NCBI GenBank assembly: GCA_016748015.1
Contig: JAAOMT010000213.1
Coordinates: 278,485 to 342,484, forward strand
Direction: 5' to 3'
Source of the DNA: Geosiphon pyriformis uo1
Lineage: Eukaryota; Fungi; Glomeromycota
Length of the DNA stretch: 64,000 nt
Under the pieces are notes generated by a model, which made no database searches, was not told the origin of the DNA, and saw only the letters and a program-made list of their open reading frames with translations. How positions within the stretch are numbered: the first letter of the stretch is position 1; the number at the start of each line of letters is the position of its first letter. Of the stretch, positions 13,297-27,450 are shown in pieces. The position numbers and the translations under genes were made by a program.

Positions 13297-13926
13297 ATTT
13301 CAATAAGTTCCCAATCATCAGATGATACAACAAATACTGTTATAAATTTTTTTTAACCATTTTCTATTTTACAATAGGCAATATATACATAAGCAATATT
13401 ACCAATTGAAATTTAACTTAAATTTATTATCTTTAATTTTAATTTTATTTATTATTTTTATTGTTATTATTTCTAATTTGAATTATAATGTTTTTGTTAT
13501 TATAAACATATAGTATAGTTTTAACTAGTCAAATAAGAAGTTATATATAAAAAGTACATAAGTTATTTTTATTTTAAAACATATTTTGTTGTACTTTAAT
13601 ATTAATAAAATAAAATTAAAAAAATAAATTAATTAATTTAATTTTAAAAATAGTTTTAAACCAATAATTTTTTAATTTAAAATAAAACAATTCTAATATA
13701 ATTTTTTTTACAAAATTAATTAGTAAATAAAAATCAAATAAATTAAAATTAAAATAAATAATAACATATTATTATAAATTAATAAATTATTATTTTTTAT
13801 TTAACACATTTAACGAGTGTAACCCAATCGCTATCTAGTACATAGAGCCAAACTAAGAGGCTCAAACTAAACATGACTCACGCACTTTCTACATATGGCT
13901 AGCCACTCAGACCAGACAAGGCAACA

Positions 13927-16900
13927 CTATACACCTATAATAACCCACACACTGCCACCCAGACCAGAAAAAAAACAATAAGGCTTTCGACGACCAAAGC
14001 TAACAGCAAAAGAATTGGCCACACCAAGCAATCTTATAACATCATCAGACAAAATTAAAGACACACCACGAAAGAGCCCAGAAACAATACCACTATCACA
14101 AACCAGACCAGTCTTCTCTATCACCACCTGGTGGCTGGCCCTAGCCACCCATGCTTTAGCATGATGTAACTCAACCACGAACCTGACATAATCAACAATC
14201 TGAGTAGCTGCCATCTTCCTATCCTCAAAAATACTGCAAGCTTCTTCATACCACTCCCTCAGCACAAATCCTTTGTAAACTAAAGTGTACAACCCAACAT
14301 CAAAGAAACATTGAGACAAAACTCACAACACGGCAGAAACAGGGGAACCGCCAGCCAAAGCTGACCAATGGGCAGAAGCCTCAGCCAAAATCTCGCCACG
14401 AACGCTAGACTCATGAACATAAGTAAAAGCATGGTCAGAGAACTCCACCCCACTGCAAAACAAACATAATACACTAGAGTAGTACTTATCATACAACCTT
14501 TTCCTTACTGCCACTGGCAATCTTCTGTGCACAGCCTTTATAATATAAGTGCAAAGCATTGAGGATACCCAGCTAGTGAACCCAATGAGCATATGAGAAT
14601 CAGGATGCCACACCTTTGCCGTGACAACCCAGTCTATGCAACCAATCATTGCTTCCGGAACCATGTCACAACCAGGCCCAGCTTCCCAATGAGCACAACA
14701 AACAGACCAAAAAATATTCCTGACAAGATAACAGGCATTACCAGAAACAGCAACATCCTCAGCAACCAAAAAATGTTCACGCACATTGGCACAAAGGGAA
14801 AAGGGAGATCCAGAGGCAGCCTCAGCAGCCAAGTCAGCTTCTATATTACTGGAAATCCCAGAGTGGCCTTTTACCTTAACCCAACTCACACTAAGATCTT
14901 TATCCCTGACCAAATTGAAAATATGACGCCTTTCCAGCCAGCATTGATTATGGAAATCAGGAGTGACTAAAGACATCTCAGACACACATGCGTCAATAGC
15001 AGCCTGGCTGTTAAGACGTAATACCACAGTACTTGAAGAAGGAACACACTCCAAAGCCAAAGCAACAGCCTGCAATTCGGCTATAATAGATAACAAAAGG
15101 CCACTAACAGTGATACCAATGCTCTTATCCAAGACCGAAAAGTATGCAGCAGCACCACAGGTGACCTCAGCAGAGCCTGCATTCCTCAAAGACCCATCCG
15201 TAAAAACTTCAAAAAAGCCAGACCAAATGTCATGCAATCTATCTTTTACCACAGAAAATTCCCCAGACTCCAAAATGTCCAAACCAAGCTTTTCCGCAGA
15301 GCCAATAGAACCAGAAAATGAACAACCCTGATTTTTCAAAAACTCAGAAGAAACCAAGAACCAATGAGGCACAGGGCCACATGGATCCAGTCTCTTTCAA
15401 TGACAAAAAGTTTTCCAATCCAACAAAACACCTTTTTTATCAAAAAGCCGATCACCAAAAGTGACACCAAAGTGTCTAAGAGATTTGACCGAGTCAAAAT
15501 ACAGAGACTTTCCAAGAATAGAAGACAATGGAAAATGACCAGGACTACAAAATGCAGTGGGGAGGTTGTTCACCAAAGAAAGCTTATTGCCCAACAAAAT
15601 CTTCACCAACTCAGCCAAAAAATTGTTCACTGGACTAACACGCAACCTGACTGGAAACTGCAAAAGATCCAAAGGAGCCCAACCAAGAACCTGCAGATCT
15701 AAAAACCTATGTCTAAACAAATGCCCAAGAATACCAAAGGCATTAGAAAACATTATCAGAACAGCAACCTTCCTCTTTGACTGCACCTGCTCAAAAGGCT
15801 TCAGGCCATACAATGAGGGATAATGCAAAGCAGTATCAGGAAAATCACGGGGGAGACAAGTCTTAGACTTAAGACCCTTTCTAACCAAGACATCCCACTT
15901 GTGACAAACATTAGAAGGGACAAAACTGAATTAAATACGATAGCTAACAATAGGCTACAAAACAGCCGACACCAGATAGAAGAACTGTTTGTCTATAATA
16001 GCTTTCCTAAGCACAACATTGACGAAAAAACGCACGTCCGCATGAGCCTTGGCAACACTTGGCTTGGAGAGCCTCTCGGTTGACAGAAAAATACCTAGAT
16101 ACCGATATGCTTCCCCTTTTTTGGCAATAGAAATTGGCTGACTGCAAATGCTCAGTGAAGCAACTTTAACACCCTGATTGATGGAAATAGCTACCGTCTT
16201 CTCACTGTTGATAGAAATATCATTGATCACAAAAAATTCACTGGCAATGTTCAGAGCATATTGAGTAGAAGCCTGACAATTCCCAATCCAGATTGTATCA
16301 TCAACAAATGCACCAGCCAAAAAATACGACGTCAAACCACTACTACTCTCAATTCTGCCAGACTTTAAAACAAACTTAGTATCAATCTGGTACCCACACA
16401 ATTGTTCATGCCTCTTAATCTCACATAAAAGTGGATCGTAAAAAATTCTCTATAGAAGCAGCGAAAAGACCTCACCCTGATCCAGCCCATCATACACCTT
16501 ATAACCACCAGACAAACCAAAATCAGTCATTACCCTATTAACTCTATCCTCATGAATACCACCAAAAAACCTTATAAATCTCTCACACATCTTGACACAC
16601 CACAAACTAGCCCTTAAATGATGCCACCCAACTGAATCGTAAGCTTTCCACATATCTTGCAAGACCAATCATAACTCCCTATCCTTCTCAATGGCATCCT
16701 CAATCACCAAACTGACAGCAAACACTGGATATTGTGTGGACGTACCCTTCAGCACCAAAAAATTGTTATCTCGAAATATGTTGAACTTGCTACAAGCCAT
16801 TAAAATACGATCAGACAGAACCTTGAAAAGAATCTTCCTGGCAGTTTCAATCAAAGCAATGGGCCGAGTGTTTGTAAGAACTCCATCCCAGTTGTAAGGC

Positions 16901-18613
16901 TTAGGAATTATTGACACCCAAGCCCTCTTCCACAAAACAGGCATCACACCAACAGACAAACACTTATTAAACAGCGCCAACAAGCACCCCAAAACCACCT
17001 CACCACCATGTTTCCACAATTCATTAGGAATACCAGACAAACCAACAGCCTTGTCATCAGGCAGACCACCAACAACAGAAAGTAACTCGCCCATATTGAT
17101 TGCACTCATAACACCCGAAAAGATATTATCCCAAATATGGTCTAAAAGCGCGTACTGACGAGCCCAAAGATCAGGAAGCTCTGACTGCACAGAGCATTTC
17201 CTCATCCACCCCTTCATTATCTTATCCACGCTCGACTTCACTTCTTCAGGCAACAAAACCAGATTATCATCAATTATCAAGTGATCCAATACCACCTTGT
17301 GAAAAGGCTTTTCCAATACACTCCTGATTATACTATCCTTATCCGAACAGAAATTATCCATGCACTTCTCAATTGCCTTTCTAACTGAAGCTTCCTCAGC
17401 CAATCTTGACTCAAACATCTTCGACCTTCTGTAATTTCTGTGAACCAATGACAAATGCCTAACAACAACATTAGATTTAACTCCCAAGCCAACCAAATCC
17501 TTGAAAGCACAAGCCTTTGCATAATCCAGAGTCAATCATTTATTCACAAGACAATTAGTACCCAGCAAGTCACCCGAGCAAAATTTTTTGACAATCTTGG
17601 CCCACCAACAATTCTAGACCAAAAAACCTAGAAGAATGTTTGTTTCTTGAACACTTGAATTCACTAAACCAATGTCTTGAAAATGTCGCATCAGCAGAAT
17701 CTACCATAACCCCCACCAAAACTGCCCACATAGCATCCACATCACCACGTATTTCAGCACCAGAGAACACCTCACCCAAAGACAAGAGTTTTGCCAAAGA
17801 GAGATCCTTAAACTTAGCCCATCCAGCACAGTCAGCATTCTTGATATTAAACTTCCAACAATTTTTATTTGCCTGCTTGTGCAAACTATTCAATTGTACA
17901 TCCAGAAGCCCACCCAAACCGACTGAAACCACAACTGCCCTGTGATCAGTGTCAAAGAAATTTGAAACAGAAACAACTTGATGACCAGCAACAGCAGAAT
18001 ACAAATTACCACCCACAAAAATGTAATCAATTGTTTTCCCAACCCCTCTTGAATTGCTCTACATATGAGAATCAGCCAAATGATAACCAATGAATGAATT
18101 GACCAAACCCAAACTTAAACAAAACTTGAAACTAGCACTTTTATCAGATCTATTCTCATTAAAGTTCTTACCCAAGATAACAAAATTGCTGGAGTTGATA
18201 GCCTTTGCAATGAGAGAGTTAACTTCAGAAGTCTGACCAAATCTAGTCCCAGAAAAGACACCAGCATACAACCCCAAAACAGTAACCGAGAGCTTGCTCT
18301 TAAACAAGAGCCAAACAGAAACAACCCGACCAGGAATCTCTTCTACCTTAGATACATGACAAGCCAAAGAAATGTTCATAATAATTGTAACTCCAGCACC
18401 CATAAAACCTTTATCCAATCCTGAAGAAAAAATTTGCACTCCATTAAATTTATCTTTTATCCATGGCCCAGAAAAGGACCTCAACTTTGTCTTAGTGATA
18501 AAAGAAACCATGTTTTCCGAGTTTACATGCCAATGAACAACATTTGCTTGCTTTGCAGGAACATTGATACCCTGAACATTGCATGTAACAAATTTCCAAA
18601 CCAAACTACTCAT
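13927..18613 (-). pseudogene. LINE-A ORF2 (endonuclease / reverse transcriptase / RNase H), disrupted
   Basis: ORF segments 17535-13927 share one frame, separated by TAG/TGA/TAA at expected Trp/Gln/Arg codons. There is a frameshift near 17600. Confidence 0.93.
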
Positions 18614-20622
18614 TAAGGCAAAGGAAGAGCCAACAAACCCGATCCAGAACGCAAATGATCCAATCTACCCAAAACCAAGCGAATTAAAGCCTCCAGAGCC
18701 ATCATTTTTGACTCCAAACTGCCAATCTTGGCAGTCAGAACCTTAGAACTGCTCGGACTGAAGTCAACAACTGACTCACCAACGTTGGAGAGAGAGGAGA
18801 CAGATGATGGCAACGTACCATCCAAAGCCAAACCTGAATTCATATCTGAAACAATGGCAGTTGGAGACACTAAAAAAAGAGCTGAGAGAAGGGGCACCAA
18901 AGACACCAAGTCAACAAAACTCAATTTTTTTAAAATGAGTGAGACCTGATTCAAGAGAATTTCTATGGAGCATTCTAGTACAGCTAATCGACCACCCAAA
19001 TCAATGGCACCAGACAAAAAGAAATCCATTGAGAAAGCTTTCGAACCCGAAATCAAACCAACACCAGGAGCACCTGAAGAGACAACATGAGGGGGAGAGC
19101 TGTCTGCCACTTGGGCTCATGTCTTTCCACCAAAAGAAACTGGGTGAACAATTGGCATCTGCTTCTTCCTATAAATATTGACCAACTGCACCTTATCCTG
19201 AGAAGTCACTGTACGTTTCCCACGACCACCAGACCCTTTACCCACAGAACAGTTAACAGCAGTATGACCAAACAGTTTGCAATGAGTGCAACTGGCCAAA
19301 GAAAGACCAGCCCAATGCAAGCCCACACCCTTAAAGGCCGGAACCGAACCAATAGCAGCCAACTTGGATGCCTCACTTTCAAAACAAATTACAGCACACC
19401 AATCACAAACATATGAAGTTGGATTATGGCCTATAAAACAAGTTTTTCCACCATAAGCCTCCACCAATTCAGACAAATCATGAGCAGTCATGCCAATTGG
19501 AAGAGTATACAACAAAGCCCAAAACCTATCCCTTGATACCCATGATTGTTTATTATCAACAGCCTTTGCCACACGAACAGAATTTTTTCCCACAAAAACA
19601 GACCATCTAGCTGTGACCAAATCAGCTACCTCCGATAATTCAAATTCCACCAGGGCCTTTTGCCAAAGACCAATGAGCTGCATCTTGATTGATGCAATTT
19701 TTCCAAATTTAGAAAACACTGCCTCAACCGCAGATTTGGGAAGATCAACAGGGATCTTCTTGATTATTATCTTCTGATCCGAACAACTGTTTACTTTTCT
19801 GAGATCATTATTTACCATGATTTTTTCACTGATTGTCATATCTTTTGCCCTGCCCAAACTTAATTCAGAAGTGAATGTAGATCTTATTATGCCAGAAAAT
19901 TTTGAGGGAGTTGAAGCTCCCCCAAATCCATCAATTCGATAAAAAATTTTTTTAATTGCCATTAACTTATCAACATTTGTCTTCTTAAGTACTGCCGAAA
20001 CTTCAATATCTAATGCAAAAGATTTTACTGGCTCAAAATTCCTTTTTTCTGGAGCACATGACCTGATATGTGGCACCTGATTGGCACCATCAAACTTAAG
20101 GGGAGGAAGCTCCAGCACATCGTCGTTGTCACTCATACAGTCAAACAAAGGTTGCTTCAGTGAGTTGCTCAGCACATATGTTTGAGTACGAGTCTTTCTC
20201 AGCATAGTTTTGTTCATGCCATTGTCTTCATCTAATTCTGTATAGCAGGTTTCTTCGGCCACCATGTTCGCCATATCTTTGACATTCGAGAGACCACTGA
20301 CACTACTAGCAACACTGCCAATTTTACTGCCCCAGAACACTACAGGCTTGGTACTAGCACCACCAATATCCTCCAGGCTCAGCAATCTAGCAGACGAATC
20401 GACCATATTACCAACAGCAGGCTTTTTCGGTTTCTTGTAGAATACACTCCGAAAGTAGACTGTATCCACGCGCTTCTTCTTTGCACTTTGGCAGGTCTCC
20501 AAACCAGCTGAAACCGAGCCAGAACCACTAGCAGAAAAGTCTATTGGTTCTATTACGACAAATAGAGGTATATTAGAAGAAATAACTTGGTGAACAAAGA
20601 GTAAAGGAATAAAGTAAAGCAA
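18613..20622 (-). pseudogene. LINE-A ORF1 (gag-like RRM + zinc knuckle + coiled C-terminus), one in-frame stop
   Basis: The 501-aa ORF and the 165-aa ORF are joined across a TGG>TGA change at GKT*AQ. Confidence 0.9.
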
Positions 20623-23600
20623 TTTCTCCTAAAAAATTCTTTGCTTTCGCAGCGGCCAGGGGATCGATGAGAGAAAGTTATATTTATTTTTTTAATAAAT
20701 TTTAATTTAATAAATACAATTTTATTAAAAATTTTAAAAAAGTTACAAAAGATTTAATAATTTTAAATATAATAACAATTAAGTAATTTAATAATAATTT
20801 TTAAAAATTCTTAAAATACAAATTTTTATAAAACAGTTTAATATTGTTTTTTAATATTAATTTAAGATTAATATAATTAAACAGCAATTAAAAAATAATT
20901 TTTATATAACTTGTTTTAATTTTAAAAAAATATTAAATATTAAATATTAAAATTAAAACCAATTGTTATAATTAAAATTAGTAAAACAAAATTAGTAAAA
21001 AAATTAAGATTAAATAAAAAAATCAAAACTTTATTGTTTAAAATAAAAAAACCAAAACTTTATTGTTTAAAAAAAAAACTGGTTTTAAATATTTATAATA
21101 AATTTAAAATTTTTAAAAAACACAAAATTGGTATTTTAAAAAATATTAGTTTTTTTTTTAAATTGTTTTTTAATTGGTTTGTTTTTTTAATTATTATTTT
21201 TTTTTTATTACATTTTATGAATGAAATCCAAATACTACTTAGTATAATACATCAATTAATTGATCTAAAATAGACATGAATTATGTATTTTCTACATGTG
21301 ACCAGCCACTCAGGCCAATCAGGACCACACTAAATATCTATATGCACTAAGACTAAGTTTTCAACACCTGAGAAAAACAAACAAGATTTACGAAAACCAA
21401 AACCAACACCAATTGCCTCAACAATATCCAGCAACTTAACAACACCCACAGAAAGCATCACAGGTAGCTTTAAAACTGAAACTAAATCTGAACTGTCACT
21501 AGATATCATCTCACTTTTCTTCATGTAGGCACGATGCTTAGCATGGACCAACCAAATCTCATCTTTAAAGGCAAGACTTAAGTTATACACAAATTTTACA
21601 ACCTTCTGACCAGCTATTTTGGCATCTTCAAAGACAGATACAGCTTCTTAAAGCCAATTCTTAAAAACAAAGCCCTTGCAAAGAGCTGTGCAAACTGCAT
21701 CATTTGAAGCACAAGAAAATAAAAACTGAGAAACACTTGAAGAGGAGACAAAAAAACCAGAAAGAAGACCCAAGCAGTAGCGTGAGCATCCAACAAGCAA
21801 CAATGAGTTGAATTATCTATCACACAAGAAAAGACATGGTCAAAAACTACAATCTCATCACAATACAAACACAGCACACTGGAATAGCATCTGCTATACA
21901 AATGCTTCCGAACAGTAACTGGCAGCCGATAATATAGAGCTTTTATGAAATATGTACAAACACCAGTTATGGATTTACTAGTAAAACCAACAGCCATGTA
22001 CAAATCTGGATGTCACACCAATGATGAACTAAACCAATTAATGTTTGAACACAGACTGCTATCCAAAACCCAAGAACTCGAACCAATCTCTCAGCATGCT
22101 CAATGAACAGACTGAAAGACCCTATGAACAAAATATCTAAAATTACCAGAGACAACATTCTCATCAGCTAAAATATAACATTCCTCCACACATAAAATAA
22201 GACACCAGAGAGAAAAAAAAGCTGTGTCAGCAAGTATATCAGCATGTTTGTTGCCCATGACATCGAAATGGCCTTGTATCTTATGCCAGCTAACACTCAA
22301 ATCTTTTTTTCTAATAATGTTTACAATATGTCAATGCTCAATTCAACAGCAATTCCTAAATCTGGATAAACCACATCTAGTTCTGATTTGCAAACATCCA
22401 AGACAGTCTAACTGTCCAAATAGATATTAACCAAGCTATTAGGAAGGACACACTCAAAAGCCAACACAATGGCCTGCAATTTAGCCAAAGTAGAAAACAT
22501 CAAACCAGAAATTCTGACCCCTAAACTCAAGCTTATGTTTTCAAAAAAACCACAGCACCAGCCTTCATGTTAATACTTACCAAGCTTTTCAGAGATCTAT
22601 CTGTATAAACAGAAAGGCTGTCAGTCTCAAGATCCAGTAACTGATTACAAATCAGTTCAAACTCACTAGATTTCAAAATATCCAAATGCTCAGTACCAAT
22701 TACAGGTAAAAAATGGGCAAGAGAAGAAGTTACACTATCAAGAAAGTCAATAAAAAGCCTAAACCATCTAGAAACAGGGCCATATGAGTCCAGTCTTTTC
22801 CAATGCTTGAATGTTCTCCAATCAAAAACAACACTATTCTTACAGCAAAGCTGTTCAACAAAAGCAATACCATATTTCTGAAGAGAAAAAAAAAATCCAA
22901 AATAATCAGACCTGCTAAGAACAGATAATATGGGAGTATTATCACGAAAATGGAAAGAATTGCTTACTTGACCACCCAAAAACAGACCACACTCAAGAAA
23001 AATACAAACCACACCTACCAAAAAATTATTAAAAACACTGACTTTAATATGAATTAGGGATGCCAAAAGGTGAAATAGACTTCAAGACAGAACCTGCAAG
23101 TCATAAAACCTGTGCAGAAACAAACAACCCAAAATTTCAACAGAGTTTGTAAAACACACAATAGAAGCAACTTTGTTTTCAGCTTGAACTTACTTGAAAG
23201 TTTTTAAGTCATACAATGAAGGATGACAAAGTGCGTTATTGGGAAAATTGAGAGGTAGACCAGACTTCAGCTTTAAGTCCCTGCAAATCAAAGAATCCTA
23301 CTTGTTACATATACTGATAGGAACAAAACTGAACTGCATCCTGTAGCTAACAATGGAGTAGAAAACTGCTGACACCAGATACAAAAACTGCTTATCAGAA
23401 ATGGTTTTCCTTAGAATTAGATTGGCAAAAAATCTGATATCAGAATCCACTTTAGCCAAACTAGGCTTTAACAAACCTTCAGTTGACAAAAAAATTCTCA
23501 GGTAGCAATGAAACTCTCCTTTCTTGACAATAGAAATAGGTAAACCATTGATAGACAAATTAGGACATGCCACTTTGCAATTAATAGAAATTGTCACTGT

Positions 23601-24507
23601 TTTGTCATTGTTAATGGAAATGTTATTGATTCGAAAAAATTCACTAGCAACATTGAGAATGTATTGGGTTGCAGTTTGGCTGTTACCAATTTAGATTGTG
23701 TCATCAACAAAAGCACTAGCAACAAGAAAAGATGTCAATCCAGCTTGAGATTCCAAATGACCAGTCTTGGCAACAAAATAAGAGTTCACCTTATAATCAT
23801 ATATGCTTTTTCCATCTTTTGACTTCACACAAAAGAGGATCATAAAATATACACCAAAGAAGCAGTAAGAACACTTCCCCTTGATCCAAACCATTGTGCA
23901 CTTGGTATCCATCTGTCAAACCAAAATCTGTTATTATCTTATTAACATGACCATTGTGAATGCCACCAAAAAATCTAATGAACTTGTCACACATCTTTAT
24001 TCTGACCAAATTGTTCCTAAAATGCTCCCACCCAATAGAGTTGTAGGCCTTTTGCATATTCTGCAAGACCAACCAGAGTTCATGGTTCTTTTCCAAAGCA
24101 TCCTTGATAACAGAACCAATGGCGAAAATAGAAGATTGCATTGTTATACCCTTAAGAACTGAGAAATTGTCTCCATGTAAAACATTAAAAGAGCTGCATG
24201 CTGAAGAAATTCTGTTCAAGAAAATCTTGAAGAGGATTTTGCAGACAGTCTCAATCAAAGCAATAGATTAGATGTTCATAAGAACTCTCTCCTACTCATA
24301 TGGTTTAGGAATTATTGAGATTCAAGCTTCTTTCCAAGCACCAGGCACTGACTCACGAGACAAACAGAAGTTTAAAAGCATCAAAAACATATTCAAGACT
24401 AATTTGTCATAATGCTTCCAAAGCTCATTTAATACCCCAGAAAAACCAACAGCTTTGTCATCAGACAGATTAGAAATCACTCCAAGTAGCTCATCAAAAT
24501 TAACTGA

Positions 24508-25334
24508 TGTTACAGGTGAACTTTGTTGGTTGTTGGAGTAAATAACAAACTCGTAACTTGGTGCTCGAAGCTGTTGTTGATGATGGAACCTAAAGGTGTG
24601 TTATCTGAAGGTTTTGTTGTGGAGTTTTTTGTATAATGAACAGAGATTCAGTAATAATAGTTTTATCCGTAGCTTTCCAAAACTGCAGTTTTATCAATTT
24701 TTTTCTCAGCGTAATGGCTGGTGTTTCTCCTGGTAAGTTAACCTCAATCTAGTGTTCTACCCTTATTTCTGGGTCTTTTACCAGTACTATATTCTGATGT
24801 TAGTATCCCGTGCATTAATCCTCAATAGAGTTAGTAATAACAACAATTAAGACAAAAAAATAAAAAAAATAACATAAAAAAATGAGCCAAGGCAATATAC
24901 AAGTTAATATCTGTCAATAGCCATGATCAAGAGCTATTGTTCCAGTGTGGTTAAGTATCAATTGCTATCAACATGGAGTGTTGATAGTGAAGAATGGATT
25001 TGGATGGTAAATAATTTATTTATTCAATATTTGTAAATAAGAGATTTCTAACTAAAGGATTCTGCTTTTTCTATTTCTAATGCTATCACTATATATACAT
25101 AATTGATGTTCTATGAGATCACTCATATTTCTGAACAATTTGCTATGATTTTTTGAGCAATGCTCACATTGCTGAGTGATGTGCTCTAATTTTCTAATAT
25201 CGCTCCACATTGCTGAACATTGTGCTGTGCTTTCTGACATTGCTCTATATTGCTGAGCAATATACTTATGTGCTAAATACTATTCTCTCATTGGTCTGCT
25301 ATTTTCTATATTTGTTTTCTTTTTATGAGTAACA
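24508..25334 (-). repeat. G1 3' LTR (827 bp)
   Basis: Direct repeat of 33760-34526. The PPT (minus strand AAAAGAAGGAGATAA) abuts it at about 25335-25349. Confidence 0.95.
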
Positions 25335-25983
25335 TTATCTCCTTCTTTTAATATTGAGCTCTATTGAAATCTTTGTTTTAAATTAATTTTAATACTTTTT
25401 TTTCAAGTATTGTTTGTTTGACTCTGTTTTTTATGTCTTGTACTTGTGTATTGTTTATTTTTTCCCATTGGTTAATGGTTATGATTTCCATGTCAAAGCA
25501 TAACAGTATTTTTGGATAGTTCTGAAATATGTTGTGTAGTTAGTACATTGTTTTAACATGTAGTGTTGAATTAGTTTTCTTTCCGATAAATTCTTTAATT
25601 TGTTGTATCATGTCTTGGTTGAATATTTTCTTGGATTTGTCAATATACAACTCCTGAATATTCAACTTTCGACCTAACTGGTAGTAGCAATATGATATTG
25701 GAAGTTGTTTTATCTATTGCTTTCAATTTTCATTTGTAAGCTCTTTTGTTGGTGTTATAATAAGTATTTTCCCAAAAGTGTTCTTCATTTTTTCTATTAA
25801 GTTATTTGTTCAGTTTTTATTATTCTTTGGTGGCCGTTGATATTATGTATTTTTTGTCTTTCTTTTTGTGTTTCGATAGCAAATTGTTTGGTTGTTGATG
25901 ACAATTTCCATGTCTAACTGTTGTTGACTTAGTGTCTAGGACAGTTGTTAAGCTATAGTGTAAATGTAATCTGGTATTTCCAT
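25335..25983 (-). pseudogene. G1 ORF3 (unknown protein between integrase and 3' LTR), disrupted
   Basis: Reads MEIPDYIYTIA*QLS*TLSQQQLDMEIVINNQTICY...YCYYQLG... and is homologous by eye to the intact ORF at 60350-61057. Confidence 0.75.
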
Positions 25984-26042
25984 TTTTCTTGGTTGCTTTT
26001 ATCACATGTACTGTGTCTTTATACCCTTTTTTGGTTGTTCAA

Positions 26043-27421
26043 TTCAATGTGTTTGGTTCAATAACTATGATTGGTTTCAGATCTTGTGGAATTTCATCTG
26101 GTTGAACTATTATCTTTTGTACTTCCAACTGTGGAATGGTATTGGTAAATAATGATGCTATCTGGTAATATGGTTTTAGTTAATCACTATGTGCTGCTTT
26201 GGCTAAAATTTTGTTGTCTCATCTTAATTTATAAGCTCTATTTCCTAGAATTTCTTCTATGTAAAATGGTCTGTTCCATTTGGGGTCAAATTTTCTATTC
26301 CATTGTTTTTCTGCTTTGGTATGATGTAATAGTACTTTGTTTTCAATCTTGAATTCCACTGGTTTATCTGGTAGTTGGTTATTGTGTCATTCTTTTTGCT
26401 TTTTTTGTGCTTTTTAGATATTATCAGCTGCTTTCCATCATCTGTTTTCTAGTGTTTCTATTAAGTCATATGATCTTTTCAACAATGTTTCTTGGAAATT
26501 ATCTTCTGTTATTGGTTCAGCTGGATATGTATTGATCTCTATCTCAACTGGTAATGTTGCTGTTCTACTATATACCAATTCAAATGGTGTTGTTTGTGTG
26601 GTATCTTGTTTCATTGTCCAATAAACAAATAATACTGATGATATAAACAAATCTCATTTGTTCTGATTTTTTTGGCTGATTTTGGCAATTGCTTTACACA
26701 GTGTTCTATTAAATCTTTCAACTAAGCCATTTGTTTGTGGATGGTATAGTAATGATAATAGTCTTTTTATTCCAAATCTCTGGCTTAATTCTGCTAATGT
26801 TCTGTTCACAAAGTGAGTTCCCTAATCTGATAATAGTTCTTTTGGACATCTATGTTGACAAATCAAATCTTAATGAACGAATTTGGCAATGGATTCTGCA
26901 TCTGCTCTTTGAATGGCTTTTGCTTCTGGCCATTTTGTAAGATAGTCCATGACTACTGCAATATATCTGTTGCCTCTGCTGGTGATTGTTAATGGTCCGA
27001 CTAAGTCAATTCTGATATGGTCAAATGGTTGTCCCACTTTGATTGGTCTTAATGGTTCACTGAGTTTTGTTCTACCTCTTCTTTAACAAGCATCACAATT
27101 CTGAACATATTAAATAATATCTGGATATATTAATGACCAATAGTATCTTTTTTTTGTTCTTTCTATGGTTGCTTTTTTATAAAAATGTCCTGCTGTTAGA
27201 TCTGAATGCATGTTGAATAATATTGTCTCTTTCTCTGGTTCTGTGACAACTCTTATTGGTTGATCTGAATTTTTTCTGTTTTTCTGATAAAGTATATCTT
27301 TATAATTGATAAAATATTTTGATTGTTGTTTGATATTATTTCACTCATTTTGAGATAATTTTTCCTTGAACTGTTGAGTATTTATATAATGTTGTAGTTG
27401 TTGATATTTTTGTATGTTCAT
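26043..27421 (-). pseudogene. G1 integrase (HHCC, DDE core, GPY/F), starting at its own ATG (MNIQKYQQLQHY)
   Basis: ILFNMHSDLTAGHF, QNCDAC, IDLVGPL, YLTKWPEA, YHPQTNGLVERFN. Confidence 0.88.
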
Positions 27422-27450
27422 CTTTTGTTATATTTTTGTGTTGAAATGTT

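Larger units (their letters stand above)
13806..20677 (-). mobile_element. LINE-A: near full-length, inactivated non-LTR retrotransposon (ORF1 RRM + CCHC knuckle; ORF2 APE-RT-RNase H-Zn finger)
   Basis: ORF1 (about 20622-18613) has the RRM-like IIIKKIPVDL..FSKFGKI and CTHCKLFGHTAVNC. ORF2 (18613-13927) has WKFVTCNVQGIN, TDHRAV, RPIALIE, QDMWKAYDSV, GLDQGE, FVDDTIW, YLGI, VFTDGS, WVKVKGHSG and CLFC..E..DH. It carries multiple in-frame stops and one frameshift. Confidence 0.95.

Noticed and set aside
13808-13838. Motif ending in CTAG read as a Helitron 3' end
   Set aside because: No convincing hairpin or RepHel, and it is contiguous with the LINE 3' UTR in both LINE-A and LINE-B.
14593-19777. 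Plus-strand ORFs antisense to the LINEs (also many antisense to the gypsy elements)
   Set aside because: Shadow ORFs of the opposite-strand coding sequence, with no motifs.
21034-21273. 79-aa K/F/I-rich ORF
   Set aside because: Artefact of AT-rich low complexity.
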